Of a DNA stretch of 64,000 bases, positions 33,361 to 44,573 are shown in pieces (the first letter of the stretch is position 1; each line of letters begins with the position of its first letter). The stretch is from an uncultured Candidatus Rokubacteria bacterium (lineage in GTDB: Bacteria > Methylomirabilota > Methylomirabilia > Rokubacteriales > CSP1-6): the NCBI GenBank assembly GCA_963771355.1, contig CAVYTA010000007.1, positions 384,001 through 448,000 of the forward strand. Reading direction: 5' to 3'. Made by a program: the position numbers and the translations under genes. The notes beneath the pieces were generated by a model that saw nothing but the letters and a program-made list of their open reading frames with translations, was not told the DNA's origin and did not search any database.

Positions 33361-34306
33361 GTGGCGATTTCCACCGCGCGGCTTCCCGCTGCGCTCCAGC
33401 CAGGAGCCCGGCGGCGCGACGGGCTCCGGCGCCTGCTGGGGCCCGACTACCGCATGGGGTTTCTCTTCGTAGCGCCCATCGTGGTGCTCACCCTGGCGCT
33501 GGTAACGTATCCGTTCTGCTACGCCATCTACCTGAGCCTCACGCGGAAGTACGTCGGCATGCCGCCGGTCTTCGTGGGGCTCGAGAACTACATCAAGCTG
33601 ACCCACGATGGGTTCTTCCAGCGGGCCGTCATCAACAGCTTCATCTTCACCTTCGGCTCCGTAGGCGTGAAGGTCGATGCTCGGCATGGTGATGGCGCTG
33701 GTGCTGACCTCGAAGATCCGCTTCCGCTCCTTCTGGACGGGCGTGCTCCTCATCCCGTGGGTGGCCCCCACCGTGGTCTCCGCGCTGAACTTCCTCTGGA
33801 TCTTCGATTTCAGCCTGGGCGTGCTCAACTACCTCCTGGTGCGGGTCACCGGCCTGCTCGATCAGGGCGTGGGCTGGCTGTCCGAGCCCAGGACTGCGAT
33901 GGCGTCGGTCATCTCGGTGAACATCTGGCGGGGCTTTCCGTTCTTCGGAATCTCCTTCCTCGCCGGCATGAAGGCGATCCCGGGGGAGCTGTACGAGGCT
34001 TCGGCGGTGGATGGGGCCAATGTGCTCCAGCGCTTCCGCTACGTGACGCTGCCCGGCCTCAAGAACATCATGATCATCGTGGTGTTGCTGTCCACCATCT
34101 GGACCTTCAACGACTTCGCCATCGTCTATATCCTCACCAAGGGTGGACCGGGCGGCGCGACCCAGGTGCTGCCGGTTCTCACCTACGAGATCGCCTTCGG
34201 CGCGCAGCGGCTCGGCGAAGCCATCGCGGTGGCGCTCTACATGCTGCCGGCCATCGCCATCGTGATCGTGGTACTGGCGAAGTACATGCGGCGAGGCCGC
34301 AAGTAG
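33361..34306 (+). CDS. Carbohydrate ABC permease (MalF-like); frameshift near 33675
   Basis: FVGLENY, EAA loop ELYEASAVDGA. Confidence 0.85.
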
Positions 34307-35146
34307 ATGGGGCGGCAGGGCCTCGAGCGGCTCCAGTCGGGCATCTCCTACGCGTTCCTCATCGTGCTCGCGGTCCTGGTGCTCTTCCCCTTCTACTGGA
34401 TGACGGTGACCTCGTTGAAGTCCGAGAACCAGATGCGCAGCCTGGTCTCGATGTTCTGGCCCAGCCCCTTCGCGACCGAGAACTACGAGCATCTGCTCCG
34501 CAAGACCGACTTCATCACCTGGTACCGCAACAGCATCTGGGTATCGGTGTCGAGCACGCTCCTCGCCATCGGCATCGGCACCGTGGGCGCCTACGCCCTG
34601 GCCCGGCTCAAGTTTCTGGGCCGCGGGTTCATGGCCAGCGCCACCCTCATCACCTATCTGGTGCCGCCCTCCATCCTCTTCATCCCGCTCTACGCCCAGA
34701 TCCGGAACCTCGGCCTCGCCGACAGCCTCTCGGGGCTCATCGTGGCCTATCCGTCCTTCACCGTGCCCTTCGTGACCTGGCTCCTCATGGGCTATTTCGA
34801 GTCCATCCCCGAGGAGCTGGAAGAGGCGGCGATGATCGACGGCGCCACCAGGTTCGGCGCCTTCTGGAGAGTGGTCCTGCCGCTGTCCGCGCCCGGGGTG
34901 CTGGCGGCGGCGCTCTACGCCTTCACCCAGGCGTGGAACGAGTTCCTCTACGCGCTCGTGTTCATCACCGACGTGAAGCTGCGCACGCTCCCGGTGGGCC
35001 TGTCCTCCTTCATCACCGGGGACGTCTACGGCTGGGGTTACCTGATGGCGGGGGCGGTGCTCACCACGGTGCCGGTGATCGCCGCCTACATCTACCTCCA
35101 GAAGTACATGGTGGAAGGGCTCACCGCGGGCGGCGTCAAGGGCTAG
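34307..35146 (+). CDS. Carbohydrate ABC permease (MalG-like)
   Basis: ELEEAAMIDGA, AWNEFLYAL, GLTAGGVKG. Confidence 0.93.
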   Translation: MGRQGLERLQSGISYAFLIVLAVLVLFPFYWMTVTSLKSENQMRSLVSMFWPSPFATENYEHLLRKTDFITWYRNSIWVSVSSTLLAIGIGTVGAYALARLKFLGRGFMASATLITYLVPPSILFIPLYAQIRNLGLADSLSGLIVAYPSFTVPFVTWLLMGYFESIPEELEEAAMIDGATRFGAFWRVVLPLSAPGVLAAALYAFTQAWNEFLYALVFITDVKLRTLPVGLSSFITGDVYGWGYLMAGAVLTTVPVIAAYIYLQKYMVEGLTAGGVKG

Positions 35147-35162
35147 CCGGAGCGCGTCGCGG

Positions 35163-35528
35163 TCAGTCGCACTTCTTCAGGTTCAGCGCCCAGAACTTCA
35201 CCGGGCTCTTGCTCTCGTTCATGGCGATGTGCCCCGACCCCGACTCGAGGTAGATCACCGAACCGGCCTTGTAGACCTGCTTGCCGTGCCGGGTGACGAA
35301 GGTCAGCTCGCCCTCCACCACGATGCCGATCTCGGGCTCGGGGTTGACGTGGATCCCCGAGGACGCCCCTGGCGGATAGACGAGGTAGCCGATCTTCACC
35401 GTGTCGTTGTCGAGCGCGACGCGCTCCTGGGTATCCGGCGCGGTCGGGTGCGCGCTCCACGCGCCGTCGGCGAGGAGCACGGCGGCGGCGAGCAGGACCA
35501 TCGCGAGGCGGCGCGCGGTCAGCCTCAT
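35163..35528 (-). CDS. Exported cupin-domain protein
   Basis: Signal peptide; H-x4-E...VVEGEL...H. Confidence 0.8.
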   Translation of the reverse strand: MRLTARRLAMVLLAAAVLLADGAWSAHPTAPDTQERVALDNDTVKIGYLVYPPGASSGIHVNPEPEIGIVVEGELTFVTRHGKQVYKAGSVIYLESGSGHIAMNESKSPVKFWALNLKKCD

Positions 35529-36961
35529 GCCGGATTCTCCGCAAGCGGTGGCCGGCGGGCGGCCCAGGGGCGGGCGGCCTCGAGCTGGGCGGCGAGCCGG
35601 AACAGCGTGGCCTCGTCACCGAAGCGGGCGACCCAGTGGGTGCCGATGGGCAGGCCCTCGGCGTTCCAGGCAAGGGGCGTGGACATAGCGGGTTGTCCCG
35701 TCACATTGAGCAGCGGGGTGAACGGCACGAAGGCGGCCGACCGTCGCAAACCGCGGACGGGGTCGTCGGGGGTGGGATCGAAGCTGCCCAGCGGCAGGGG
35801 CGGCTCGGCCAGGGTCGGGGTGAGCCAGACGTCCCAGTCGCCGAAGAAACTGGCGACCTCCCGGGAGACCCGCTGGAGATCCTGGACCGCGGTGAGATAG
35901 GCCGCCGCGGAGCGCCGCTCGCCCATCTCGTGGAGCACCCAGGTGAGGGGCTCGAAGCGCGCGGGGTCGGGCGTCTGTCCGGTGCGCCGCGCCCAGTCCG
36001 CCACCGTCCAGGCGCAGCCCGCCGACCACAGCGTGAAGAAAGCCTCGGTGAGCATCTGGCCGTCGAGGATGGGTGCCGCCTCCGCCACGTGATGGCCGAG
36101 CGCGGCCGCGAGACGGGCGGCCTCGTCGACCGCGGCCACGCAGTCGGGGTGCACGACCGCGCCGTTGGGCGCCGAGCGGGTCACGGCGATGCGGAGACGG
36201 CCGGGATCGCGCCCGACCTCCTCGAGCCAGGGCCGCGCGGGCGGCGGCGCCACATAGGGATCACCCGGCGCCGGTCCGGCGGTGGCGTCGAGCAAGGCGG
36301 CACTGTCCCGCACCGAACGGGTCACGGCATGCTCGGCCACGAGGCCGCTGAACAGGTCGCCATAGTGCGGGCCCAGCGGGTTCCGGCCCCGGGTGGGCTT
36401 GAGCCCGAAGATGCCGCAGCAGGCCGCCGGAATGCGGATGGATCCGCCTCCATCATTGGCGTGGGCCATCGGGACCATGCCGGCGGCCACCGCGGCCGCG
36501 GAGCCGCCGCTCGAGCCGCCGGTGATCCGCGTGACGTCCCAGGGATTCCGGCAGGGACCGAAGAGCCGGGGCTCGGTGGTGGGCAGGATGCCGAACTCCG
36601 GCGTATTGGTCTTGCCGATCACGATCAGTCCCGCGCGGCGATACCGCGCCACAAGCTCGGTGTCGTGCTTGGAGACATAGTGGCCGTCGAGAAAGGCGGA
36701 GCCTTCGGTGAGCCGGGTGCCCGCGTACTCGGCGAGGAGGTCCTTGAGGAGGAACGGCACCCCCGCGAAGGGCCCGTGCCCCGGCGGTACCGCGGCGGCC
36801 CGGCGCGCTTCGTCGAACAGGGGCGTGACCACCGCGTTCAACCGGGGGTTGAGACGCTCGACGCGGCGGATCGCCGCCTCCACCAGCTCGAGCGGCGTGA
36901 CCTCGCCCCGCCGGACGAGCGCGGCCTGGCCCAGCGCGTCGAGGTGCGCGAAGGGATCCAC
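35525..36961 (-). CDS. Amidase signature enzyme
   Basis: [38 protein letters not shown]17-TAGAGT promoter just upstream of the GTG at 36961. Confidence 0.93.
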   Translation of the reverse strand: MDPFAHLDALGQAALVRRGEVTPLELVEAAIRRVERLNPRLNAVVTPLFDEARRAAAVPPGHGPFAGVPFLLKDLLAEYAGTRLTEGSAFLDGHYVSKHDTELVARYRRAGLIVIGKTNTPEFGILPTTEPRLFGPCRNPWDVTRITGGSSGGSAAAVAAGMVPMAHANDGGGSIRIPAACCGIFGLKPTRGRNPLGPHYGDLFSGLVAEHAVTRSVRDSAALLDATAGPAPGDPYVAPPPARPWLEEVGRDPGRLRIAVTRSAPNGAVVHPDCVAAVDEAARLAAALGHHVAEAAPILDGQMLTEAFFTLWSAGCAWTVADWARRTGQTPDPARFEPLTWVLHEMGERRSAAAYLTAVQDLQRVSREVASFFGDWDVWLTPTLAEPPLPLGSFDPTPDDPVRGLRRSAAFVPFTPLLNVTGQPAMSTPLAWNAEGLPIGTHWVARFGDEATLFRLAAQLEAARPWAARRPPLAENPA

Positions 36962-37048
36962 GGTGAGGGGGACTCTATGGAGTCTGACGTGGACTGTCAA
37001 GCACACCAGGCCCGAGACGGGGTAACATAGTGGCGGTCGGGAGGGCAC

Positions 37049-38401
37049 ATGTCGCATCGGGTACTCATTGCGGACGATCTGGAGGCCTCGCGCAAGGGTC
37101 TGGCCGCGCTCGTCGCGACCTGGGGATACGAGGTCGAGGAAGCCGGCGACGGGCAGGAAGCGCTTGCGAAGGCCGCGGACTCGAATCCGGCCGTCGTCAT
37201 CACCGACCTGGTGATGCCGAAGCTGGACGGTCTCGGTCTGCTCAAGGCCGTGCAGGCCGAGCTGCCGTTCACCATGGTCATCATCATCACCGGGCACGGC
37301 ACCATCGAGACCGCGGTGGGGGCGACCAAGGACGGCGCCTACGACTACCTCACCAAGCCGGTGGACGTGGCGCGGCTCCGCCTCCTCGTGGAAAAGGCCA
37401 TCGAGAAGGGCGAGGCGCTGCGCGAGGTCAATGTCCTGCGCCGGCGCGTCAAGGCGGTGTGGGGGCACGGCCGCCTGGTGGGAACCAGCAAGGCCATGCA
37501 GGCGGTGTTCCGCCAGATCGATCTCGCCGCGCCGACCTCCGCCCCGGTCCTCATCGTGGGTGCGAGCGGTACCGGCAAGGAGCTGGCCGCGCAGACACTG
37601 CACGAGCTGTCGCCGCGGAGCCAGGGGCCCTTCGTGGCCGTCAACTGCGCCGCCATTCCCGAGACCTTGCTGGAGAGCGAGATCTTCGGGCACGAGCGGG
37701 GTGCCTTCACCGGCGCGCTGGAGCGCCGCATCGGCTGCTTCGAGCTCGCGCATCAGGGCACGCTCTTCCTCGATGAGATCGCGGAGATGAGCCCCCCGCT
37801 CCAGGCCAAGTTTCTCCGCATCCTCCAGGACGGTTCGCTCAAGCGTATCGGCGGCCGCTCGGAGATCAAGGTGGACGTGCGCGTGCTCGCCGCCACCAAC
37901 AAGGAGCCCGCGCACGGCCTCAAGGACGGCAGCTTTCGCGAGGATCTGTACTATCGGCTCAATGTCTTCACGCTCAGCCTGCCGCTGCTGCGCGCCCGGC
38001 GCGACGACATCCCGCTCCTCATCCAGGCGTTCGTCGAGGAGTTCGATGCCAAGTACGAGCGGAAGGTCCGCGGGGTGGACGAGGCCGCGCTGCGCCATCT
38101 GGTCGCGCACGACTGGCCCGGCAACGTGCGCCAGCTCCGCAACACCCTGGAACGCGCGGTCATTTCCTGCGCGGGCGAGCTCATCACCCCGGCGGACCTC
38201 CCCAGCGAGGCCGGTCCCGGGAGCGGCGAGGAGCCCCGCGCGAGTGCGACCCTCCCGGTGGGCGTGAAGCTCAAGGACGTGGAGCGCGAGGTGATCTTGA
38301 AGACGCTGGCCTCGGTGGGCAATAACAAGACGCGGGCCGCCGACGTGCTCGGCATCAGTCTCAAGACCCTTCACAACAAGCTGAACCGCTACGGCGTTTA
38401 G
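37049..38401 (+). CDS. Sigma54-dependent response regulator (NtrC family)
   Basis: REC domain, [19 protein letters not shown], Fis-type HTH. Confidence 0.96.
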   Translation: MSHRVLIADDLEASRKGLAALVATWGYEVEEAGDGQEALAKAADSNPAVVITDLVMPKLDGLGLLKAVQAELPFTMVIIITGHGTIETAVGATKDGAYDYLTKPVDVARLRLLVEKAIEKGEALREVNVLRRRVKAVWGHGRLVGTSKAMQAVFRQIDLAAPTSAPVLIVGASGTGKELAAQTLHELSPRSQGPFVAVNCAAIPETLLESEIFGHERGAFTGALERRIGCFELAHQGTLFLDEIAEMSPPLQAKFLRILQDGSLKRIGGRSEIKVDVRVLAATNKEPAHGLKDGSFREDLYYRLNVFTLSLPLLRARRDDIPLLIQAFVEEFDAKYERKVRGVDEAALRHLVAHDWPGNVRQLRNTLERAVISCAGELITPADLPSEAGPGSGEEPRASATLPVGVKLKDVEREVILKTLASVGNNKTRAADVLGISLKTLHNKLNRYGV

Positions 38402-38402
38402 C

Positions 38403-39923
38403 ATGCGCTGGGGTCTCAAGTCGAAGGAAGCGCTGGCCATCACCTTGCTGACGCTGGTGGTGGTGGCCACCACCCTGGTGGTGCACCTGGCCCAGCTCAC
38501 GCGCGTGGCGGTGGAAGAGACGCAGCGCCAGGCCGAGCTCATCGCCAAGCAGATCGTGGCGCACAGCGCCCGCGTGCTCGCCCGCGGGCCGGCGGCGGAT
38601 CCGCACGACGCGCTCCGCATGGACTCCGAGCTGCGCAATCTCCTCGAGGCCAGCGTGGGGTACTCGCCCTCTCTGCTCTACGTGCTGGTGGCCGACCGCG
38701 AGGAGCGGGTGATCCTCCACAGCCAGAGCGATAAGGAGGGCGAGCGCCTCAAGCTGCAGCCGCCCCTCACCGATCTCCGCGCGGTGAACCCCGTGCGCCG
38801 CTTCGACGCCCTCCTGAGCCGCGGGCGGACCTACGAGACCTCGGTGCCCATCAGCCTGGACCGGCAGCCCTTCGGCAGCGTGCGGCTCGGCGTGTCCACC
38901 ACCCTGCTTCGCCGCGAGCTCACCGAGGCGGTGACCCAGAGCCTCATACTCGCGGTCCTGGCCCTGCCGGGCGCCTGGCTCCTCGCCCTCTACCTCGCCA
39001 ATCGCATCATGCGGCCGATCGGCCAGCTCGCCCGCGAGCTGGATCGCCTCCGCCGGGGCGAGCTGACCGCCGCCGCCGCCACGCCGGCGCTGGACCGGGA
39101 AGATGAGCTGGGCGATCTGGCCGCCCAGGTACAGCTCCTCAGCCAGCAGCTCCAGGCCGACCGGCTCGCCCTGCTCTCGCAAAGCGCCTCCGCGGGTGAG
39201 CTCGAGTCCATCAAGACCCTCCAGTCGCTGGTGAGCTACTCCGCCAAGCTCGCCGCGCTGGGGCGCCTCACCTCCGGCGTCGCCCATGAGGTGAAGAACC
39301 CGCTGAACGCGATGATGATTCACCTGGAGCTGGTCCGCGCCCGGCTCGAGGGCGGCGCGCCGGACGGGGGCAAGGTGCGCGAGAGCCTGGACGTGATCGG
39401 CAGCGAGATCCGTCGGCTCGATCGCGTCGTGCAGGGCTTTCTCCGCTTCGTGCGGCCCCAGGAGCTCTCGCTCAAGCCGGTGGACGTCAACCTGCTCAGC
39501 CAGGGCGTGGCCGCCCTCCTGGAGGCCGAGTGGCGCCCGGCGGGTATCCGCTTCGTACTCGCGCTCGACCCCGAGTGCCCGCGCGTCTCGGGGGACGAGG
39601 AGCTCTTGCGCCAGGCCCTCCTCAACGTGGTGGTCAATGCCTGCCAGGCCATGCCCGAAGGCGGGGCGGTGACCCTCGCCACCAGCCGTCCCGCGCCCGA
39701 GTGGGTGGCGATGTCGGTGACCGACGAGGGATCCGGGATCGCGCCGGAGAACCGCGATCGGATCTTCTCGCTCTACTACACCACCAAGCCCGACGGCAGC
39801 GGCATCGGGCTGTCCCTCGTGTACCGCATCGTCCACATGCACGACGGCGCCATCGACGTGGAGTCGCCCCTGGAAGGAAACCGGGGCACGCGAATGACGC
39901 TGAGGTTGCCGGTGCGGCGATGA
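38403..39923 (+). CDS. Sensor histidine kinase with HAMP domain
   Basis: Two TMs, HEVKNPL, N box, DEGSGI, GSGIGL. Confidence 0.95.
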   Translation: MRWGLKSKEALAITLLTLVVVATTLVVHLAQLTRVAVEETQRQAELIAKQIVAHSARVLARGPAADPHDALRMDSELRNLLEASVGYSPSLLYVLVADREERVILHSQSDKEGERLKLQPPLTDLRAVNPVRRFDALLSRGRTYETSVPISLDRQPFGSVRLGVSTTLLRRELTEAVTQSLILAVLALPGAWLLALYLANRIMRPIGQLARELDRLRRGELTAAAATPALDREDELGDLAAQVQLLSQQLQADRLALLSQSASAGELESIKTLQSLVSYSAKLAALGRLTSGVAHEVKNPLNAMMIHLELVRARLEGGAPDGGKVRESLDVIGSEIRRLDRVVQGFLRFVRPQELSLKPVDVNLLSQGVAALLEAEWRPAGIRFVLALDPECPRVSGDEELLRQALLNVVVNACQAMPEGGAVTLATSRPAPEWVAMSVTDEGSGIAPENRDRIFSLYYTTKPDGSGIGLSLVYRIVHMHDGAIDVESPLEGNRGTRMTLRLPVRR

Positions 39924-40555
39924 GCCACTTCATGCGGCTCGGTTTCCTCGGGCTCGGGCTCGCCGCGGTGATGAGCTGCGCCCCCGTGCAGCCCCCAGTG
40001 GTCAGGGTCCCGCCTCCAATCCCGCCCCCCGCCCCCGCCGCGCCTCCCGTCAGCCGCCCGGCCGCGCCGGCGGCGCCGGCGCCGGTGGCGCCGAGATCTT
40101 CTCCCACGGTCCGGCAAGATCCCATGCCCGATCTGCCCACCGTCGCGCCCCCGCCCCCGCCGCCGCGGGCCGCCGCGCCGCCGGCCGCTTCACCGCCGCC
40201 GCCCTCGCCTGCGCCTCCCCCGGCCCCCGCGCCCCCTGTGTCGCCAACGCCGCCGCCGCCTCCGGCCTCGTCGCCGGTGCGGAAGGAGCCTCCGCCGGTG
40301 CTGTCTCCCCAGGTGTCGTCCGCGGAGGAGCTGCGGCTGACCCAGCAGGCCCGCACCCGGATCGAGGGAGCGGAACGGCTGATGTCCCAGCTCGACCCGC
40401 GCCGCCTCGATCGCGAGCAGCAGGACACCTTGGCCACGATCAAGGACTTCCTCACGAAGTCGAAGGAGGCCATGGTCACGCGAGACGTCCAGCGCGCCTA
40501 CAACCTCGCCGACAAGGCTTTTATCCTGGTCGAGGACCTGTCTCGCGGCCGCTGA
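39920..40555 (+). CDS. Proline-rich lipoprotein
   Basis: Lipobox-like AVMSC, Pro linker, helical C-domain; start overlaps the kinase stop. Confidence 0.75.
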   Translation: MSHFMRLGFLGLGLAAVMSCAPVQPPVVRVPPPIPPPAPAAPPVSRPAAPAAPAPVAPRSSPTVRQDPMPDLPTVAPPPPPPRAAAPPAASPPPPSPAPPPAPAPPVSPTPPPPPASSPVRKEPPPVLSPQVSSAEELRLTQQARTRIEGAERLMSQLDPRRLDREQQDTLATIKDFLTKSKEAMVTRDVQRAYNLADKAFILVEDLSRGR

Positions 40556-40582
40556 GAGCGTGCGGCTGGCGACGATTCGCCA

Positions 40583-40721
40583 TGTAAGGCTTACACGCGA
40601 CAGCGGTTCTTGCCCGGAAGCTGTCGAGAAAAGAAGAGGGCCGTCTGACCTCCTAAGTGTGTGACAAGTCGAGCCTTTCGTTAATAGCTCATCGTTCCCC
40701 CTCCCTTGGCACGAAGTCTGC
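40583..40721 (+). promoter_or_regulatory. Sigma54 promoter with upstream palindromic activator site
   Basis: TGGCACGAAGTCTGC at 40707-40721; TGTAAGGCTTACA at 40583-40595. Confidence 0.75.
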
Positions 40722-40792
40722 CACTGTTCCCACAGAGCCAGCGTATCCTCGATCTGAACGAGTGGGATCCATCCCAGCAAGGAGGAAGTGAA

Positions 40793-41521
40793 ATGAAACA
40801 CCTGACCGCTTCTCTGATCCTCTGCACCGGCGTCGCCCTCTTGGGCTCCGCGTGCGCCACCAAGGGCTATGTCCGCGAGCAAGTCGGCAGCGCCGAGACC
40901 AAGCTGTCCACCCGCGCGGAGGGGACGGAATCGGCGCTCAAGGACACCAACGACAAGACGGCCGCCAATGCCCAGGCCATCGATGCCAGCCGCAAGGACA
41001 TCCAGGGGCTGGATGGCAAGGTCCAGGGGCTGGATGGCAAGGTCGTCCAGGTTGGGACCCTCGCGGCCGACGCGAAGAAGCAGGCCGAGTCGGCGTCGGA
41101 GGCGGTCCGTGACACGGATTCCCGCCTGCAGGCGCTGAACACGCGGATGACCAACCGCAACAAGTTCGCCATGGTCGAGACGAAGTCGGTCTATTTCGAC
41201 TTCGACAAGGCCGCACTGCGGGACGAGGGAGTCAGTGACATCGAGGAAGTGGCGAAGGCGCTGAAGGCCGATCCCAATGCGGTGGTGGAGCTGCAGGGCT
41301 TCGCCGACGCGCGCGGCGCCGAGCGCTACAACTATCAGCTTACCCGCGAGCGGGTGGACGCGGTCGCGCGGTACCTGGTGCAGCGCCACGGCATCGAGCT
41401 GCGCCGCATCCACATGGTCGGTATGGGCAAGGTCGTCCTGGCCGCCGGTGAGCGGGGCGGCAACGAGGTGTACGCCAAGGCCCGCCGGGTGGACATCAAG
41501 CTTCTGTCTCCCCAGAGCTAA
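40793..41521 (+). CDS. OmpA-family lipoprotein with coiled-coil stalk
   Basis: Lipobox GSAC, VYFDFDKA, GFADARG...YNYQLTRER, RRVDI. Confidence 0.9.
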   Translation: MKHLTASLILCTGVALLGSACATKGYVREQVGSAETKLSTRAEGTESALKDTNDKTAANAQAIDASRKDIQGLDGKVQGLDGKVVQVGTLAADAKKQAESASEAVRDTDSRLQALNTRMTNRNKFAMVETKSVYFDFDKAALRDEGVSDIEEVAKALKADPNAVVELQGFADARGAERYNYQLTRERVDAVARYLVQRHGIELRRIHMVGMGKVVLAAGERGGNEVYAKARRVDIKLLSPQS

Positions 41522-41609
41522 GCGCTCGCGAGACGAGCACTCCCGGGGCTCCGCGCTCTCGCGCGGGGCTCCGGGGTTCGCGGGTGGGTTCGCGCGTTTC
41601 GTACCCACC

Positions 41610-41768
41610 ATGTAAGGCCTACATTGCGGGATGTATCCCTTACATCCGCCTGGTCATGTCTGCCTGCGCCCGCCGGCTCGCGCATCCGAGCGAACGAGAG
41701 CCAAATGCTTGACCTGCCACAGTTTCTCCCCCCTCTGCCATGGTTCGGAGAATTGGCATTCCCCCTGC
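41610..41768 (+). promoter_or_regulatory. Sigma54 promoter with two upstream palindromic sites
   Basis: TGGCATTCCCCCTGC at 41754-41768; ATGTAAGGCCTACAT at 41610-41624 and ATGTATCCCTTACAT at 41631-41645. Confidence 0.75.
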
Positions 41769-41780
41769 TCAGAGGACAGC

Positions 41781-42188
41781 ATGGCCTTCGAACACCCCAC
41801 TATCCTGGTGGTCGAGGACGAGCCGCATAGCCGCGAGGGCCTCCGGGACCTGCTGGCCGGTCGTGGCTATCTCGTGGAGACGGCCGCGGACGTTCCCCAA
41901 GCCATCAGCCAGGTGAACGCTCATCAGTTCGCGGGCGCCATCATCGATCTCCATCTACCGCCCGTTCACGAGGTCATGGTGACGGGCTGGGACATCGCCG
42001 ATATGTGCCGCGCCTGCACGCCGGATATCGCCGTGCTCTTCGTCAGCGCTCAAGGGGGCGCCGAGGTAGTAGACCGCGCGGAACGCCTCGGGCACGCCGC
42101 CTTCCTGGAGAAGCCGATCGATCCCGTCCGACTCGCGGCGGCGCTCGGCCAGCTCGGCCTCAAGGCCCAGGCGTGCGACACCCCCTGA
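41781..42188 (+). CDS. Single-domain response regulator
   Basis: ILVVEDE, IIDLHLP, FVSA, LEKP. Confidence 0.88.
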   Translation: MAFEHPTILVVEDEPHSREGLRDLLAGRGYLVETAADVPQAISQVNAHQFAGAIIDLHLPPVHEVMVTGWDIADMCRACTPDIAVLFVSAQGGAEVVDRAERLGHAAFLEKPIDPVRLAAALGQLGLKAQACDTP

Positions 42189-42277
42189 CCGCGTCAGGAC
42201 TCAGGCGGCCGCCCAGCAAGGTGCGCCCCGCCGGGGTCGGACGGGCAACGGTCGAGGACACCCGAGAGCCCTGGAAG

Positions 42278-42682
42278 ATGACCGCCCTCGGCATGGCGCT
42301 GATCGTCGCCGCCGCGGTGATCATGGGGTTTCTGATGGCGGGCTGGGGGCCGCGCGCCGAATTGGAGGCCATGCTTGCGCCGGTGATCGCTCCCGCGTCG
42401 CCGGCGCCGGCGCACGCGAAGGTCGTCGCGGAAGCGCCCGCTCCGGCCGACGTGGAGTCCTGCAACCAGTCCGCGAAGGCGCAGGCGGGCGACAAGACCA
42501 TCGAGGTGGTGAAGGACGGGGCGGCCGAGGCGGGATGGGGGCCTGGCCGAGGCGGGGACATCGGTGGTATGGTCGTCGCGGCGGCGGGCACACTTCACGG
42601 GATCAACGAGCGGAAGAAGAACGATGCTCGCTACGTCGAGGCCTATCGCGCCTGCATGAAGGGGCGCGGGTTCAGTAGCTAA
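42278..42682 (+). CDS. Membrane-anchored hypothetical protein with glycine-zipper-like segment
   Basis: N-terminal TM; Cys pair SCN...YRACMKGRG flanking a Gly-rich segment. Confidence 0.65.
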   Translation: MTALGMALIVAAAVIMGFLMAGWGPRAELEAMLAPVIAPASPAPAHAKVVAEAPAPADVESCNQSAKAQAGDKTIEVVKDGAAEAGWGPGRGGDIGGMVVAAAGTLHGINERKKNDARYVEAYRACMKGRGFSS

Positions 42683-42708
42683 CCCCTCAACGAGGAGGAG
42701 TCACGAAC

Positions 42709-42957
42709 ATGCGGATCCTGGTCCTCGCCCTTGCCGTCCTCGCCCTGGTTGCCGGCCCCGCCCTGGCCAGCCAGTGCCCCAGCCTGATCAAGCAGGTTAA
42801 TGACGCCGTCGGCACCAAGACCGACGCGGCCTCCACGAAGGCAAAGGCGCTCGCCGCCGAGGCCCAGACGCTGCACGCGGCCGGCAAGCACGCCGAGTCG
42901 GTGGCCAAGGCCGAAGAAGCGGCCAAGACGATCAATCTGACCCTCACGAAGAAGTAA
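42709..42957 (+). CDS. Small secreted helical protein
   Basis: GAGGAGGAG SD, signal peptide, QCPSLI...LHAAGKHAES. Confidence 0.8.
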   Translation: MRILVLALAVLALVAGPALASQCPSLIKQVNDAVGTKTDAASTKAKALAAEAQTLHAAGKHAESVAKAEEAAKTINLTLTKK

Positions 42958-42981
42958 GCGGCGGCATCGTTCCGGATCGAC

Positions 42982-43023
42982 CCGAGCGCGGGGCGCAGGA
43001 CCGGCCCCGCGCTCGGTCTTTCT
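42982..43023 (+). terminator. Intrinsic terminator between convergent genes
   Basis: 13-bp stem CCGAGCGCGGGGC/GCCCCGCGCTCGG followed by TCTTTCT. Confidence 0.65.
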
Positions 43024-43056
43024 GGAGTCCGGGTGCCTCGCCGGGAGACGGCCCCG

Positions 43057-43773
43057 CTACACGGCCAGAAGCCGATGCGTCAGCGCGGCGTCGGCGGCCA
43101 GTGCCGCCGCGCTGGCCGCGTGCACGATGCGGCCGTCGTCGATCACGTAGGCGCGCTGGGCCAGGGACAGTGCCATGGCGGAGTTCTGCTCCACCAGCAG
43201 GATGGCGATCCGCTCTTCTCGCATCTCCTCGATCACCGCCATGATGTCCTCCACGATGCGCGGGGCCAGGCCCTGCGAGGGCTCGTCGAGCAGCACCAGC
43301 CGCGGGTGCATGAGGAGGGCGCGCGCGATGGCCACCAGCTGGGCCTCGCCCCCCGAAAGATGCTCGCCGGTCCGGGCCTTGAGCCGGTCGAGGATGGGGA
43401 AGCGCTGGTACACGCGCGCCAGGGTCCACCGCTGAGTCACCATCGAGGCGGTGGCGCGATTGAGGGCCATGGCGAGGTTCCGCTCCACGGTGAGGGTGGG
43501 GAACACGCGCCGGTTGTCCGGCACCCAGGCGATGCCGCGGCGGGCGATCAGATGGGTGGGCCAGCGCGTGATGTCCTCCCCGTCGAGCGTGATGTGTCCG
43601 CTGCGCACCGGGGCCAATCCGAGAATGCTCTTGATGGTGGTCGTCTTGCCGCGCCCGTTCCGGCCCAGGAGGCACACGGTTTCCCCCGCCTCGATGGTCA
43701 AGGACACGCCGGCGAGGATCTGGGCGTCCCCGTAGAAGGTGCAGACCTCGTCGAGGGCGAGCAGCGGCGCCAT
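43057..43773 (-). CDS. livF: Branched-chain amino acid-type ABC ATPase (LivF-like)
   Basis: GRNGRGKTT, LSGGE, LLDEPSQGLAP. Confidence 0.9.
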   Translation of the reverse strand: MAPLLALDEVCTFYGDAQILAGVSLTIEAGETVCLLGRNGRGKTTTIKSILGLAPVRSGHITLDGEDITRWPTHLIARRGIAWVPDNRRVFPTLTVERNLAMALNRATASMVTQRWTLARVYQRFPILDRLKARTGEHLSGGEAQLVAIARALLMHPRLVLLDEPSQGLAPRIVEDIMAVIEEMREERIAILLVEQNSAMALSLAQRAYVIDDGRIVHAASAAALAADAALTHRLLAV

Positions 43774-44573
43774 CAGCGAGCCCGCAGGTGCCGGAGGGTG
43801 CCCAGATAGGCTTCGCGCACCTCCGCGTTGTCGCGGACGGCTGCGGGCGGGCCCTCGGCGATCACGGTGCCGCGGTGGAGCACGGCCACGTGATGGGAGA
43901 GCGACAGGACGAAGTCCATGTCGTGCTCGATCACGACGATGGTGAGGTGCTCGGAGAGGCGCTGCACGAGGGCGCGCAGGGTCTCCATGGGGCGGCTGCC
44001 CAGGCCGCTGGTGGGCTCGTCCAGCAGCAGCAGCTCCGGCTCGCCCGCCAGGGCCACCCCGATCTCGAGCAGGCGCCGCTGGCCATAGGAGAGGAACTTC
44101 GCCGCCACGTGCTCGCGGCCGGCCAGCCCGATGAGCCGCACCGCCGCCGCCGCCTTGTCCGCCGCCGCCGTCACCTCGCCCGCGGGCGTCCACAGGTCGA
44201 AGCCGCGCCGCCGCATGGCGGGCACTGCCATGCGGATGTTCTCCAGCACCGTGTAGTCGTTGAACAGGTTGAGGATCTGGAACGAGCGGCCGATGCCGAT
44301 GCGCGCTCGCCGGTCGGGCGTGAGCCCGGTGATGTCGCGGTCGGTGAAGTGGATGCTCCCCGCGTCGGGTCGGAGGACGCCGGTGAGGAGATTGAAACAG
44401 GTGGTCTTGCCCGCGCCATTGGGCCCGATGAGGGCGGAGAGCCGCCGGCGCTGGAAGCGGAGACTCACGTCGTCCAGGACCACGTGGCCACCGAAGGCCT
44501 TGCGGAGGCCGCGCGTCTCGAGGATGGGGGCGACGGCGGTGGAAGTGCCGGCGGGGGGGACGCTGGACGTCAC
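43773..44573 (-). CDS. livG: Branched-chain amino acid-type ABC ATPase (LivG-like)
   Basis: GPNGAGKTT, LSYGQRR, IEHDM, VREAYLG. Confidence 0.9.
   Translation of the reverse strand: MTSSVPPAGTSTAVAPILETRGLRKAFGGHVVLDDVSLRFQRRRLSALIGPNGAGKTTCFNLLTGVLRPDAGSIHFTDRDITGLTPDRRARIGIGRSFQILNLFNDYTVLENIRMAVPAMRRRGFDLWTPAGEVTAAADKAAAAVRLIGLAGREHVAAKFLSYGQRRLLEIGVALAGEPELLLLDEPTSGLGSRPMETLRALVQRLSEHLTIVVIEHDMDFVLSLSHHVAVLHRGTVIAEGPPAAVRDNAEVREAYLGTLRHLRAR

Noticed and set aside
36962..38638. Apparent 1037-aa amidase fusion
   Set aside because: The N-terminal extension is antisense to the NtrC gene; a promoter and GTG at 36961 mark the real start
39960..40300. C-rich low-complexity repeat or G-quadruplex element
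   Set aside because: Explained by Pro/Ala codons of the lipoprotein linker, as in the tonB and anti-sigma linkers
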